Source: an uncultured Aminicenantes bacterium
Lineage (GTDB): Bacteria > Acidobacteriota > Aminicenantia > UBA2199
NCBI GenBank assembly: GCA_965195285.1
Contig: CBDAFS010000031.1
Location: forward strand, 1 to 64,000
DNA length: 64,000 nt
Direction of reading: 5' to 3'
This document shows, piece after piece, positions 1 to 9,759 of this stretch. A program made the translations under genes and the position numbers. How positions within the stretch are numbered: position 1 is the stretch's first letter; each line of letters opens with the position of its first letter. The notes below the pieces were generated by a model that saw nothing but the letters and a program-made list of their open reading frames with translations, did no database searches and was not told where the DNA came from.

Positions 1-120
1 GGCATCAGCCGGTACCTTGTAGGCCTTTCCCATGATTAATACCGTTAGCATTTCTTTGGGAGCTGATTTGTCCTTTTTTGGTTTTTCACTTTTTTTCTTT
101 GCCCCTTTATTTGTTGGCAT
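1..120 (-). CDS. Partial CDS (N-terminus; runs off window start), probably an Fe-S protein continuing the hdr/flx operon
   Basis: Not in ORF track. ATG at 120 with GGAG 9 nt upstream; reads MPTNKGAKKKSEKPKKDKSAPKEMLTVLIMGKAYKVPADA open to the edge. 'TVLIMGKAYKVP' resembles the start of a 2Fe-2S ferredoxin-like domain. Confidence 0.55.
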   Translation of the reverse strand, partial: MPTNKGAKKKSEKPKKDKSAPKEMLTVLIMGKAYKVPADA

Positions 121-135
121 GGTTCATGTCTCCTT

Positions 136-960
136 TTAATATTCTTGAGGTAAGTCTTTCAGCTCTGCCCAGGAATAAACCGGGCCGTCTTTACAAACAT
201 AGTGATGGCCAATATTGCATCTTCCGCATTTACCGATTCCACATTTCATCTTGTTCTCCACCGTGGTATAAATCTGCCGGTCATCAAATCCCAGGTCCTG
301 AAGGGCCTTGATCACAAATTTGATCATGATCGGGGGACCGCAGGTGATAGAAATGGCATTTTCCGGGGACGGTGATTTTTCAATGACATTGGCCGGTACA
401 AACCCGACATATTCTTTCCAATCTGGTTCTTCAACATCTATGGAAAGGCGGACCGTCATCTTTGATTTCAGTTTTTCCAGTTCCTCTTTAAAAACCAGGT
501 CTGCCGAGGTTCTGGAACCGTAATAAAGGGTCAGGTTTCCAAATTCCTCCTTTTTCTCCAGGGCCGTCTGCAGAACCGACCAAATAGGAGCCAGGCCGAT
601 TCCGCCTCCGATGAATATCAGGTTTTTGCCTTTCCAATCATCGATGGGGAATCCATTTCCGTAGGGACCCCTGATTCCAATGATGTCTCCGGGATTCATT
701 TCATGCAGGGCGGTGGTAACCCGTCCGGTTTTCAAAATACTGAATTGAAGGTAATCTTTGATCAGGGGGGTTGAGGAGATGGAGATCATGGCCTCACCTT
801 TTCCAAAAACAGAGAGCATGGCGCATTGGCCGCATCGGTGAGAAAAACCATTGGGGTTGACAAAATTGGTCCTGAAGGTCTTGATCGATCGTGAACCTTT
901 CACTTCCTCTTTGATATCGATTATTCTGGCCAGTTCCGGAATATAGTCATTGGATTTCAT
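136..960 (-). CDS. FAD/NAD(P)-binding oxidoreductase with 2Fe-2S (FlxA/AsrB/sulfhydrogenase gamma-like)
   Basis: RGPYGNGF, GGGIGLAP, CGPPIM and C-terminal KMKCGIGKCGRC...VCKDGPV motifs; start overlaps upstream stop. Confidence 0.9.
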   Translation of the reverse strand: MKSNDYIPELARIIDIKEEVKGSRSIKTFRTNFVNPNGFSHRCGQCAMLSVFGKGEAMISISSTPLIKDYLQFSILKTGRVTTALHEMNPGDIIGIRGPYGNGFPIDDWKGKNLIFIGGGIGLAPIWSVLQTALEKKEEFGNLTLYYGSRTSADLVFKEELEKLKSKMTVRLSIDVEEPDWKEYVGFVPANVIEKSPSPENAISITCGPPIMIKFVIKALQDLGFDDRQIYTTVENKMKCGIGKCGRCNIGHHYVCKDGPVYSWAELKDLPQEY

Positions 961-1991
961 CTTGTCTCCACCTTATTGAGAATTTCAATGATATCGATCC
1001 CTACCGGGCACTGGGAAACGCATCTTCCGCATCCGGTGCATTGATAGGTCTGATAGAGTTTCACAAAATATTGAAATTTGTGCAGGATTCTCTGCCGTAG
1101 TCGGGATGCCCGATCCGGTCTGGGATTGTGTCCCGAGGAATGCATGGTAAAATCAGGAAACTGGCAGTTATCCCAGGTCCTAACCCGTTCTCCTTCGATG
1201 GGAAAGTTTGATTTAATCTCATCATTGATATCAAAACAGTGACAAGTGGGGCACAGATAAGTGCAAATACCACAGCGGATACAGCTCAAAGATTCTTCAT
1301 TCCAGAAATCGGAATCAAACATGGTTTCCAGTTTTGAGGGGATATTTTTTATATTGGGAATTTTCCGGGATATTTCTTTTTCAGCCCTGGATTTTAATTG
1401 CTTTTTTTCAATTTTATCCGCTTCCTTTGGGTTTTTAAACAGGTCCTCTGCCTGACGGATCAGTTGTTCTCCTTTTTTAGAGATTGATTCCACAAAATAA
1501 GTGTCATCCATTTCGGTAAGCATGATATCCAGCCCCTCCCGGGAAAACGGCGAACCGTTCACGGATGTACAAAAACAGTTTTCCGATGGGGGATGGTTGC
1601 AGCTCAAGCCGACCAGAATGGTGGCGTTTCGGCGTTTCCAGTAGTAGGGATCCTTCATATCCCCGCCAAAAACCTTGTCCATCAAGGTGAGGGCTCTGGC
1701 ATCGCAGGGTCTGACCCCGAAAATGACCGCTGGTTTTTCCTCGGGAAGATTCTCCTGAAGGTCATAGCCTGATTGCTCACCGGATCGGAACCGGAAAAAC
1801 ACTTCCCTCTGGGGAAAGATGAATTTCTTGGGGGAAAGAATGGTATTTTTATAGTCGAGTTTTATACGGGAAGGATTGCTGAGGATTTGAAAATCCCAGT
1901 GATTTTCATTTTGTACCGGGGCAATGATCTGATAATTCTTCAGCTTGGTTACCCAATCCGGGAGGGTCTTTTTTTGCAGTATCTTTTCCAT
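957..1991 (-). CDS. 4Fe-4S protein (FlxB/AsrA/sulfhydrogenase beta-like)
   Basis: GVRPCD, NCFCTS, CIRCGICTYLCPTCHCF, RTWDNC, CTGCGRCVSQCPVGID; start moved to MEKILQ (1991) to avoid overlap. Confidence 0.88.
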   Translation of the reverse strand: MEKILQKKTLPDWVTKLKNYQIIAPVQNENHWDFQILSNPSRIKLDYKNTILSPKKFIFPQREVFFRFRSGEQSGYDLQENLPEEKPAVIFGVRPCDARALTLMDKVFGGDMKDPYYWKRRNATILVGLSCNHPPSENCFCTSVNGSPFSREGLDIMLTEMDDTYFVESISKKGEQLIRQAEDLFKNPKEADKIEKKQLKSRAEKEISRKIPNIKNIPSKLETMFDSDFWNEESLSCIRCGICTYLCPTCHCFDINDEIKSNFPIEGERVRTWDNCQFPDFTMHSSGHNPRPDRASRLRQRILHKFQYFVKLYQTYQCTGCGRCVSQCPVGIDIIEILNKVETR

Positions 1992-1995
1992 TTTA

Positions 1996-3027
1996 TCACC
2001 TAATAAAATCTTCTGGATCTTCATCCCGGTAACTGGAAACCAGAGAGGGTTGTTCCGGATCAAAACCCGCCTCGTAGTCGAAAAGTTCTTTGGCCTCTTT
2101 TTCCAGTTTTTTATTGATCAGTCTGAGGGGGATTTCGACCGGACAAACCCGCTCGCACTCACCGCAATCAATACAGCGTCCGGCCAGATGCATGGCCCGA
2201 ACCAAGTGGTAGACAAAATTTTCCGAGGTAACGGGTGATTTTTCAATCCACTTGATTTTCTGGGCTTTTTCTTGGGCCGGGGTGTCGGCATTAACGGCAA
2301 AATGAATGGTATCCACCACACATTCCTCGCAATAACACATGGGACAGACCGATCGGCATGCATAACAGCGGATACATTTGTCAAGTTGAGTTTTCCAGAA
2401 AGTCCATTTTTCATCCTCGGACAATGATTCCATTTTGTCCAGAGAAGCAAAGGGGGCCTGGATATTTTTCTTGATTTCCTCGCCAAAAGAAGTATCTTTG
2501 ATAACCGGAAAATTGGCCTGGCATTCCAGGCATCTGTCAGCCAGTATGTCCTGATCCGGGATTTTTACTTTTCCTCTGTCAGTATCCACAATGATTTTTC
2601 CGTCAGTTCCGAAAGCCAGGTTCTTGATTTTTTTTCCGGATACTTTTTTTAACAGTTTTTTCTGGTCGATGACCCCGCTGTTCTCACAGGAGACTCCCAG
2701 TACATATACGTCCTCCCGTTTCAAATATTCCTCCTGAAGCAGTACCACCAGGGCCCGGCTGTCACATCCTTTCAGGATGATACCCGTTTTTTTCTTGTCC
2801 GGGACAGAGGTATTCTGGTTTTTTCTCTTTTCATCAACCAGGAACCGGGCCAGATTGTAAACACAGGTGGGATCCCATACCAATCGGTCAATCTCTTCGG
2901 TTTTGGTGATGAATACGGGAACAGACATCATGCCATTGGGATTCCGGCCATAACCGATAATGGTTTTTACGGTTCCGTCATTCAGGAGTCGCCGGGCTTC
3001 CATTTTGAGGTCTTCGAGGTTTACCAT
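1996..3027 (-). CDS. 4Fe-4S protein (FlxC-like / FdhB-FrhB-related)
   Basis: KGCDSRA, CIRCYACRSVCPMCYCEEC, RAMHLAGRCIDCGECERVCP; start at MVNLED (3027) after GAGGAG. Confidence 0.85.
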   Translation of the reverse strand: MVNLEDLKMEARRLLNDGTVKTIIGYGRNPNGMMSVPVFITKTEEIDRLVWDPTCVYNLARFLVDEKRKNQNTSVPDKKKTGIILKGCDSRALVVLLQEEYLKREDVYVLGVSCENSGVIDQKKLLKKVSGKKIKNLAFGTDGKIIVDTDRGKVKIPDQDILADRCLECQANFPVIKDTSFGEEIKKNIQAPFASLDKMESLSEDEKWTFWKTQLDKCIRCYACRSVCPMCYCEECVVDTIHFAVNADTPAQEKAQKIKWIEKSPVTSENFVYHLVRAMHLAGRCIDCGECERVCPVEIPLRLINKKLEKEAKELFDYEAGFDPEQPSLVSSYRDEDPEDFIR

Positions 3028-3029
3028 AT

Positions 3030-3449
3030 TCAATTTCTCCTCAACTTGTTTTGCGGGCCCAGAGTTTTGAGTTGTTCCACAAAATCCTCGATGACCTGGG
3101 TATATTTTTTGCCCTCGGCAGCTGAAACCCATGACATTTGAAACCGCTTGGGTTCCAGGCCCATATAGGCTAACAGCTTCCTGGCCAGGGCGATCTTCCG
3201 GCGGGCATAATAATTGCCCTTAATATAGTGACAGTCTCCCGGGTGACATCCTGAAATCAATACACCGTCAGCTCCCTGGTTGAAAGCTGAGAAAATATAG
3301 AGGGGAGAAACACTCCCTGAACACATCACGGTAATGGGTACCACATTGGGCGGGTACTTCATGCGGGATACACCGGCCAGATCACTGCCGGCTGATGAAC
3401 ACCATTTGCACAGAAAGGCGACAATTTTAGGTTCGAATTCTTCTGCCAT
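3030..3449 (-). CDS. mvhD: MvhD/FlxD-type [2Fe-2S] subunit
   Basis: IVAFLCKWCS, MCSG, GADGVLISGCHPGDCHY, WVSAAEG; start MAEEF at 3449 after GGAGG. Confidence 0.92.
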   Translation of the reverse strand: MAEEFEPKIVAFLCKWCSSAGSDLAGVSRMKYPPNVVPITVMCSGSVSPLYIFSAFNQGADGVLISGCHPGDCHYIKGNYYARRKIALARKLLAYMGLEPKRFQMSWVSAAEGKKYTQVIEDFVEQLKTLGPQNKLRRN

Positions 3450-3451
3450 AT

Positions 3452-5398
3452 TCAGCCTCCGATGGATGCTTTTATCATTTCGTGAATTTGCAAAGGAGTC
3501 AGGTTTTTGATCTCGACAGCGGCTCGCAAACAGGTGGCCACACAGGTTCCGCATCCTTCACATAGCACTTCGTTTACCTGCGCTTTAAAGTCTTCCAATG
3601 ACAGGGCATCGTAGGGACATACATCCACACACATTCCGCAGCCGGTACATAGGCTTTTGTTTATGGTGGCCACAGTGGGTGAATGGTAGAGCCTCTCCTG
3701 GGATAAGATGGTGATGGCCTTGGCCGAAGCACCGCTGGCCTGGGCAACCGCTTCGGGAATATCCTTGGGTGCCTGAGCCGCACCGGCGAAAAACATTCCT
3801 GAAGTCACACTCTCGAGCGGCCTTAATTTCGGGTGGGCCTCTGAGAGAAAACCATCCTGGTTTAACGCCACCTTCAATTTTTTGGCCAGTTCTTCGATAC
3901 CTTTTGAGGGTTTGGTAGCCATGGCCAGAACCACCATGTCGGCATCGATTTCAACCTGCTTGTTGATCAATGTATCAACTCCCCAGACCTTTATTTTGTT
4001 GTTTTCTTCAAATATTTTCGAGACTTTTCCCCGAAGATAGAGTACTTCATCTTCCTCTATGGCCCGCTGAACAAATTCCTCGTAATCCTTTCCCCCCGAG
4101 CGGATATCTATATAAAAGACATAGGCCTGTCCATCCGGAACATTGTGTTTATAGAGCATGGCATGTTTGGCGGTATACATACAGCATATCTTGGAACAAT
4201 AGGCGCAGTGCAGTTCCGGATCCCGCGATCCCACACACTGAATGAAAACCACTTCCTTGGGAACTTTATGGTCCGAGGGTCTGAGAATTTTACCACCGGT
4301 GGGACCGGAAGCCGACAGCAGGCGTTCGAATTGAAGCCCATCCACGACATCCGGGTATTTTCCATAACCGTATTCGGCCATCTGTTCTTTGTCATACAGA
4401 TCATATCCGGTGGCGGTGATGATGGTTCCAACTTCCGCCTCGATGATCTCCGGCTGCATATCGTAATTGATGGCATTGGGTTCACAAACATCGGCGCATT
4501 TTCCGCAGGCAATTGGCACCAAACCCGGGCAGTTCTGAATATCCAGGGTATATGTGGCTGGAATGGCCTGGGGAAAGGGAATGTAAATAGCCCGTCTCCC
4601 GGTTAATCCCAGATCAAACTCATTGGGAACCACAATCGGGCAAACCGTGGTGCATTCATCACACAGGGTGCATTTTTCAGGGTCTACATAGGTGGGCTTT
4701 TTTAGGATTTTGACTTTAAAATTGCCCACATAACCGTTTACCTCCTGAACTTCGCTGTAAGTCAGAAGCTTTATGTTCTTATGTTTGGAGACTTCCACCA
4801 TTTTGGGTGTCAGGATACACTGGGAGCAATCCAGGGTGGGGAATGTTTCCGACAACTGAATCATATGACCTCCGATGGAGGGAGATCTTTCCACCAGAAT
4901 CACTTCAAAGCCGCTGTTGGCCAGATCCAGGGCAGACTGAATCCCGGCAATGCCCCCCCCGATGACTAATGCCCGCCTGGTAACCGGAATACTGACCGGT
5001 TCCAGGGGTTCGTTTCTCAGAATCCGCTCGACCGTGCTTTTAGTGATCTTGATGGCTTTTTCGGTGGCTTTCTCGGTATCGGAATGAACCCAGGAGCACT
5101 GTTCCCGGATATTGCCGATTTCGCACATGAAGGGATTGATACCGGCTGACTTGCAGGCGTTTCTAAAGGTGGTCTCGTGCAGGGTGGGAGAACAGCAGGA
5201 AATGACTACCCGGTCCAGCTGTTTTTCCTTTACCGCATCGATTATTCTATTCTGACCCGGGTCCGAGCACATATAGATATAGTCTTCGGAGTGTTCGACT
5301 CCTGGATATTTGGCTAATTCCTCGGCAACTTTTTTAACATCCACTGTTCCGGCAATATTGATTCCACAGTGGCAAATAAAGACTCCGGTTTTTTTCAT
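3452..5398 (-). CDS. hdrA: Heterodisulfide reductase subunit A (flavin-based electron-bifurcating)
   Basis: GVFICHCG, NIREQCSWVH, GGGIAG, TFPTLDCSQCIL, QCVGSRD...YCSKICC, C-terminal 2x4Fe-4S. Confidence 0.96.
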   Translation of the reverse strand: MKKTGVFICHCGINIAGTVDVKKVAEELAKYPGVEHSEDYIYMCSDPGQNRIIDAVKEKQLDRVVISCCSPTLHETTFRNACKSAGINPFMCEIGNIREQCSWVHSDTEKATEKAIKITKSTVERILRNEPLEPVSIPVTRRALVIGGGIAGIQSALDLANSGFEVILVERSPSIGGHMIQLSETFPTLDCSQCILTPKMVEVSKHKNIKLLTYSEVQEVNGYVGNFKVKILKKPTYVDPEKCTLCDECTTVCPIVVPNEFDLGLTGRRAIYIPFPQAIPATYTLDIQNCPGLVPIACGKCADVCEPNAINYDMQPEIIEAEVGTIITATGYDLYDKEQMAEYGYGKYPDVVDGLQFERLLSASGPTGGKILRPSDHKVPKEVVFIQCVGSRDPELHCAYCSKICCMYTAKHAMLYKHNVPDGQAYVFYIDIRSGGKDYEEFVQRAIEEDEVLYLRGKVSKIFEENNKIKVWGVDTLINKQVEIDADMVVLAMATKPSKGIEELAKKLKVALNQDGFLSEAHPKLRPLESVTSGMFFAGAAQAPKDIPEAVAQASGASAKAITILSQERLYHSPTVATINKSLCTGCGMCVDVCPYDALSLEDFKAQVNEVLCEGCGTCVATCLRAAVEIKNLTPLQIHEMIKASIGG

Positions 5399-5955
5399 TT
5401 TTTTCCTTTCTTTTCTTCCTTTTGTATCTCTTCTCCGTATTCATAGCCCTTGTTGAAGGCTTTGATGTTGAGATCCAGAAACCGTTCCGGTACTAGTCCG
5501 GGCAGGGCTTTTTTCATGGCCTCGGCCGATACGATTTTGGTTGTGGCGGTGAAGAATCCCAGCATCACCAGGTTGGCAATGATCCGGTTACCGAGCTGCT
5601 CGGCAAACCGGGTGGAGGGGATTGAATAGATTTTGATACCCGGATGCTGGTTTTTTAACTTGACCAGATCCTTGTCGACAATAAGAATCCCGTTTTTGCC
5701 CAGGTCCGGGCAATATTTTTCATAGGCTTCCTGGGATATGGCCACCAGGATCTGGGGGGAAATCAGGTAGGGATACAGGACCCGGTCTTCGGATACCACC
5801 AGCTGGGAGCTGCAGGCGCTGCCTCGCGCTTCGGGTCCGAAACTCTGGGTCATGGTGGCGTGTTTATTATCGAACAGCGACAGGGCTTTTCCTGTAATCA
5901 AACCGCAGCGGATTACTCCCTGTCCGCCCAAACCGGAAAATCGGATATCAGTCAT
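5395..5955 (-). CDS. 2-oxoacid:ferredoxin oxidoreductase gamma subunit
   Basis: IRFSGLGGQG, QSFGPEARG, ANLVMLG, N..AF..GY; start MTDIRF at 5955 after GGAGG. Confidence 0.92.
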   Translation of the reverse strand: MTDIRFSGLGGQGVIRCGLITGKALSLFDNKHATMTQSFGPEARGSACSSQLVVSEDRVLYPYLISPQILVAISQEAYEKYCPDLGKNGILIVDKDLVKLKNQHPGIKIYSIPSTRFAEQLGNRIIANLVMLGFFTATTKIVSAEAMKKALPGLVPERFLDLNIKAFNKGYEYGEEIQKEEKKGKK

Positions 5956-6823
5956 TGCACAACCTCCCGTAGAGTTGGTAATCATCGCCCAGAACCTTTC
6001 CCAGATGGGCATTCATGGCATCCAGAAAAGTGAGTTTTTCCTTTTCCACAAACTTTCCCACTATCAGTTCTCCCTGATAAGTAATATTCAGGTTTTTGGT
6101 GTCCGCATTGTGTTTGATCTCGGATTTATCATAGTAATATTTCATTAGATTCAGACCGTCTCCCAGCCGGTTTCTCCGGGCGTACAGGGTCACGCAGGGG
6201 GTGATGACCTCAATGAATGAAAAGCCCTTTCTTCCCAGGGCTTCCTGCATGGACTGGGTGACCCGTCTCATGTGAAGCGCGGTCCAGCGGGCCACATAGG
6301 TGGCACCACTGGCTTCGGCCAGGTAAGGGAGGCTAAAAGAGCCCTCAAAATTTCCGTAAGGGGCGGTTGAGGCATTGGCGGTTTCCGGAGTGGTGGCTGC
6401 CACCTGACCTCCGGTCATGGCATAATTGAAATTATTCACGCAAATCACCACCAGATCCATGTTTCGTCTGGCCGCATGGATGAAATGATTGCCTCCGATT
6501 CCGACCAGGTCACCGTCCCCGCTGAATACCACTACTTTCATATCCGGATTGGCCAGTTTTAATCCGGTGGCATAGGGAATGGCCCGGCCGTGGGTGGTAT
6601 GAAAAGAGTCCAGTTTGATATAACCGGCCACCCGGCCCGTACAGCCGATACCCGATACGACGGCAACCTTGTCAAGATCGATTTTGCTTTTTTTCAATGC
6701 TTCGGTGAATGAAGTAACCACGGTTCCGATCCCGCATCCCGGACACCAGATGTGGGGGATCCGGTCCATTCTGAGCAAATCTTCAATCGGATTTTTTTCT
6801 TCCGGGCGGTCTTCATTTTTCAT
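5948..6823 (-). CDS. 2-oxoacid:ferredoxin oxidoreductase beta subunit (TPP-binding)
   Basis: WCPGCG, SGIGC, HTTHGRA, GDGD...GGNH, NN..YAMTGGQ. Confidence 0.94.
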   Translation of the reverse strand: MKNEDRPEEKNPIEDLLRMDRIPHIWCPGCGIGTVVTSFTEALKKSKIDLDKVAVVSGIGCTGRVAGYIKLDSFHTTHGRAIPYATGLKLANPDMKVVVFSGDGDLVGIGGNHFIHAARRNMDLVVICVNNFNYAMTGGQVAATTPETANASTAPYGNFEGSFSLPYLAEASGATYVARWTALHMRRVTQSMQEALGRKGFSFIEVITPCVTLYARRNRLGDGLNLMKYYYDKSEIKHNADTKNLNITYQGELIVGKFVEKEKLTFLDAMNAHLGKVLGDDYQLYGRLCND

Positions 6824-7986
6824 TTTGCAGCCTCCTGTATGGTCTTAAAGATATCATCCGGATCGTGAACCCATCCGCCGCAGTGGGGTATCCCGATTAC
6901 CCGGGTTTGGCCCTGGGCGCAACGCTCAACTTCGAGTACTATTTGGCCATAATTGATTTCCGGAACTACAAATGCCTTGATTTTTTTTGCCAGTTCTCTT
7001 ATGCGCTTTTCAGGAAAGGGCCACACCGTTATCAATCTCAGGGTGCCCACTTTTAAACCGGCCTTTCGGGCCATCTGTACTGCCCGGATGGCGACTCGTG
7101 AGGTGATGCCATAAGAGATGACCACGATATCGGCATCTTCAATCTGATTTTCCTCTATTTTGATAATCTTGTCTGCATTTCCTCTGATCTTTTCAACCAG
7201 GTGGCGAACCACCACATCCTGGCATTCGGCATTGAGGACCGGATAACCGAGTTCATCCCGGGTCAATCCGGTGGTATGAAAGCGATACCCGTCTCCGGCT
7301 TTAACCAAAAAGGGGATACCATCCTTGTCCAGTTTATAGGGCTTGTATTCATCCTTGGGGCCCTTATACCACTTTCGCTCCACCAGTTCGATTTTATCGG
7401 CCGGTGGAATTACCACTTTTTCATGCATGTGGCCGACACATTCATCGGTCATGATAAAGACCGGAACCCGGTAGGTTTCGGACAGGTTAAAGGCCTCGAT
7501 GGTCAGATCGAAGCATTCCTGAGGTGAATCGGGAGACAGGGCAATAATTTCGTAATCACCGTGGGATCCCCATCTCGCCTGCATCATGTCCTGCTGTCCG
7601 GTTAGGGTGGGAAGGCCGGTGGACGGTCCGCCCCTCTGAACATTGGCAATGACCAGCGGTATTTCCTGCATGCAGGCCAGTCCGATGTTTTCCATCATCA
7701 GGGAAAACCCGGGACCAGATGTTACGGTCATGACCTTTTGACCTCCCCAGACAGCTCCGATTAATGCCGCAATTGAGGCCAGTTCATCTTCCATCTGAAT
7801 GAATACGCCGCCGACTTTGGGGATTCTTTCGGAAAACCGTTCCGCGGTTTCAGTGGAGGGAGTGATGGGATATCCGGCAAAAAAACGGCAGCCGGCAGCC
7901 AGGGCACCTTCGGCAAGGGCAAAATCTCCATCCAGATAGTGAGCGCCGGTTAAAACTCCCTTAGGGTCTGCTTTCAACTTTTTCAC
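6820..7986 (-). CDS. 2-oxoacid:ferredoxin oxidoreductase alpha subunit
   Basis: FFAGYPITPSTE, QMEDE, TSGPGFSLM, QRGGPSTGLPT; GTG start at 7986 after AAGGAGG. Confidence 0.94.
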   Translation of the reverse strand: MKKLKADPKGVLTGAHYLDGDFALAEGALAAGCRFFAGYPITPSTETAERFSERIPKVGGVFIQMEDELASIAALIGAVWGGQKVMTVTSGPGFSLMMENIGLACMQEIPLVIANVQRGGPSTGLPTLTGQQDMMQARWGSHGDYEIIALSPDSPQECFDLTIEAFNLSETYRVPVFIMTDECVGHMHEKVVIPPADKIELVERKWYKGPKDEYKPYKLDKDGIPFLVKAGDGYRFHTTGLTRDELGYPVLNAECQDVVVRHLVEKIRGNADKIIKIEENQIEDADIVVISYGITSRVAIRAVQMARKAGLKVGTLRLITVWPFPEKRIRELAKKIKAFVVPEINYGQIVLEVERCAQGQTRVIGIPHCGGWVHDPDDIFKTIQEAAK

Positions 7987-8242
7987 CTTTTTCCTCCTTT
8001 TTCTTGATTGTAACGAATATGGCAAATTCCGGGCAAATGGTTTCGCAGAGCTGGCAATAGCAGCACTCCTCTTCATTTTTTATATAGGGAGGGTGGTATC
8101 CCTTTGAATTAAATTCTTCAGAAAGTTCCAGCACATCTCTGGGGCAGTATTCCACACAGAAGCCACAACCTTTACATCGGTCCTTATTAATATGGATTTT
8201 ACCTTTTGTTGGGTTGAGTTTACCGAAATAAATCATCTGCAC
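7961..8242 (-). CDS. 2-oxoacid:ferredoxin oxidoreductase delta subunit (2x[4Fe-4S] ferredoxin)
   Basis: CKGCGFCVEYCP and CCYCQLCETICPEFAI; directly upstream of the alpha subunit. Confidence 0.9.
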   Translation of the reverse strand: MQMIYFGKLNPTKGKIHINKDRCKGCGFCVEYCPRDVLELSEEFNSKGYHPPYIKNEEECCYCQLCETICPEFAIFVTIKKKEEKGEKVESRP

Positions 8243-8243
8243 C

Positions 8244-9122
8244 TCAAATTAATCCTTTTTCCTTTAAAATTGGTTTTGGATCTATGTAATGTAAGTCAAA
8301 CCGTAATACATCTTCCGGGCTGCCGAAGGCAATTGCCATCAGCTGGGTGAAGTATAGAACCGGGATGTGTTTGAATTCCGGAAACTGTTGAACCGTTTCT
8401 TTCTGACGGTGATCCAGATTAAAGGCACACAGGGGACAGCTGACCACCACCACATCGGCTTGGTTTTTTTGAACTGACTGAAGAATCTGGAAAGTTCTTT
8501 CTGCAACCATCTCTGGTTTGTCAACGGTTTGATAGGACCCGCAACACTCGGTTTTATAGGGAAAGTCAACAGGAATCCCGCCGAGTAAACCGATGAGTTC
8601 TTCGATGATGGTGGGGTTTTCAACATCATCGATTCCGATTTCCTGAGGCCGAACCAGGTAACAACCGTAATAACTGGCAACCTTCAGGTCGGTCAGCGGT
8701 TTGACCACTTTACTCTTGATATTTTCAAACTTCACTTCATCTTTCAGTAATTCCAGCAGGTGAAGCACCTCGACATCACCCTCATATTTGATTTTCTCCC
8801 GGTACATAAACTGATTTAACTTGTCCAGGCTTTCCGAATCATTTTTCATGAATTCATTGGCCCGTTTTAAGGTGTTGAAACACATGGCGCAGAGGGTCAT
8901 GACCTTGTCGGAGTTGGCTTCCTTTACCCGTATCAGATTTCTTATGGGTGCGAGATGGTGCATTAAATCATCGGTTGTCAGAGAAAATACAGTTCCACAG
9001 CAGTTCCACCGGGGCAATTCCTGGACTTCGACTCCCAGATGATTCAGGGCGAAAATAGCTGAACTTTCAAAGTTTTCTGCTTTATTCTTTAATGTACATC
9101 CCGGATAGTAAGTTAGTTTCAT
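8244..9122 (-). CDS. hdrB: Heterodisulfide reductase subunit B (two CCG domains)
   Basis: YYPGC, WNCCG, CAMC, YYGC, ECCG, CPLC. Confidence 0.94.
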   Translation of the reverse strand: MKLTYYPGCTLKNKAENFESSAIFALNHLGVEVQELPRWNCCGTVFSLTTDDLMHHLAPIRNLIRVKEANSDKVMTLCAMCFNTLKRANEFMKNDSESLDKLNQFMYREKIKYEGDVEVLHLLELLKDEVKFENIKSKVVKPLTDLKVASYYGCYLVRPQEIGIDDVENPTIIEELIGLLGGIPVDFPYKTECCGSYQTVDKPEMVAERTFQILQSVQKNQADVVVVSCPLCAFNLDHRQKETVQQFPEFKHIPVLYFTQLMAIAFGSPEDVLRFDLHYIDPKPILKEKGLI

Positions 9123-9182
9123 TTCAGATTCCTTACATTTCTTGAATTAAAAATGGATGGTTTTGAGTTCATGATTCGCTTT

Positions 9183-9590
9183 CTATGAGGTGAATTTTCT
9201 AAAACAAGCGATTAAGGCAATCGGCGGTACTTCCCTTTTTTTCTCTTCGGATAAATCCTTTAGCTCAACATGGTCTTTTCTCTTTCGCAACAGAATCTGT
9301 CTCACTGCTTCGATAACTTCAGCCACATTGATCCCTTTGGGGCAACGTGTATTGCAGGTCATACAGGAGGCGCATACCCAGATGGATTTTGATTTAAACA
9401 ATTCGTTTTTTAATCCCAGCTGGGCCAGACGGATGATTTGATTGGGGAGAATATCCATCTGGGAAACAGCCGGGCAACCAGCCGAACATTTACCGCACTG
9501 GTAACAGGCCAGAAGATTCTGGCCGCTTAACTCCTCGACTTTAGCGACAAAATCGCTTTTGACTTTTTTTTTGGAGATATTGACTATCAT
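9183..9590 (-). CDS. hdrC: Heterodisulfide reductase subunit C
   Basis: CYQCGKCSAGCP and IWVCASCMTCNTRCPKGI. Confidence 0.93.
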   Translation of the reverse strand: MIVNISKKKVKSDFVAKVEELSGQNLLACYQCGKCSAGCPAVSQMDILPNQIIRLAQLGLKNELFKSKSIWVCASCMTCNTRCPKGINVAEVIEAVRQILLRKRKDHVELKDLSEEKKREVPPIALIACFRKFTS

Positions 9591-9730
9591 TAGAATTCAT
9601 TTTTTATGATAATTTATCCTAATATTTATTTGAAAGCTTTGTAAAAAAATGAGCCTGATGATTGATTTTCGTTTTTTATATTTAAAAAAATCCATCAAAT
9701 ACCCTGTCAATTTGGCAATTGAAAGGAGTT

Positions 9731-9759
9731 ATGATAATACATATTACAGGTTTTGTCAA
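9731..9759 (-). promoter_or_regulatory. Sigma70-type promoter for the hdr/OFOR/flx operon
   Basis: Minus strand TTGACA-17 nt-TATCAT, upstream of hdrC. Confidence 0.65.

Noticed and set aside
3030-9590. Selenocysteine readthrough in HdrA/MvhD/HdrBC
   Set aside because: All expected Cys motifs are present as Cys and the ORFs are full length without internal TGA.
9604-9622. Imperfect palindrome TTATGATAA-T-TTATCCTAA upstream of hdrC as a Rex/Fur-like operator
   Set aside because: It lies in a very AT-rich spacer where such matches arise by chance, and it fits neither consensus well.
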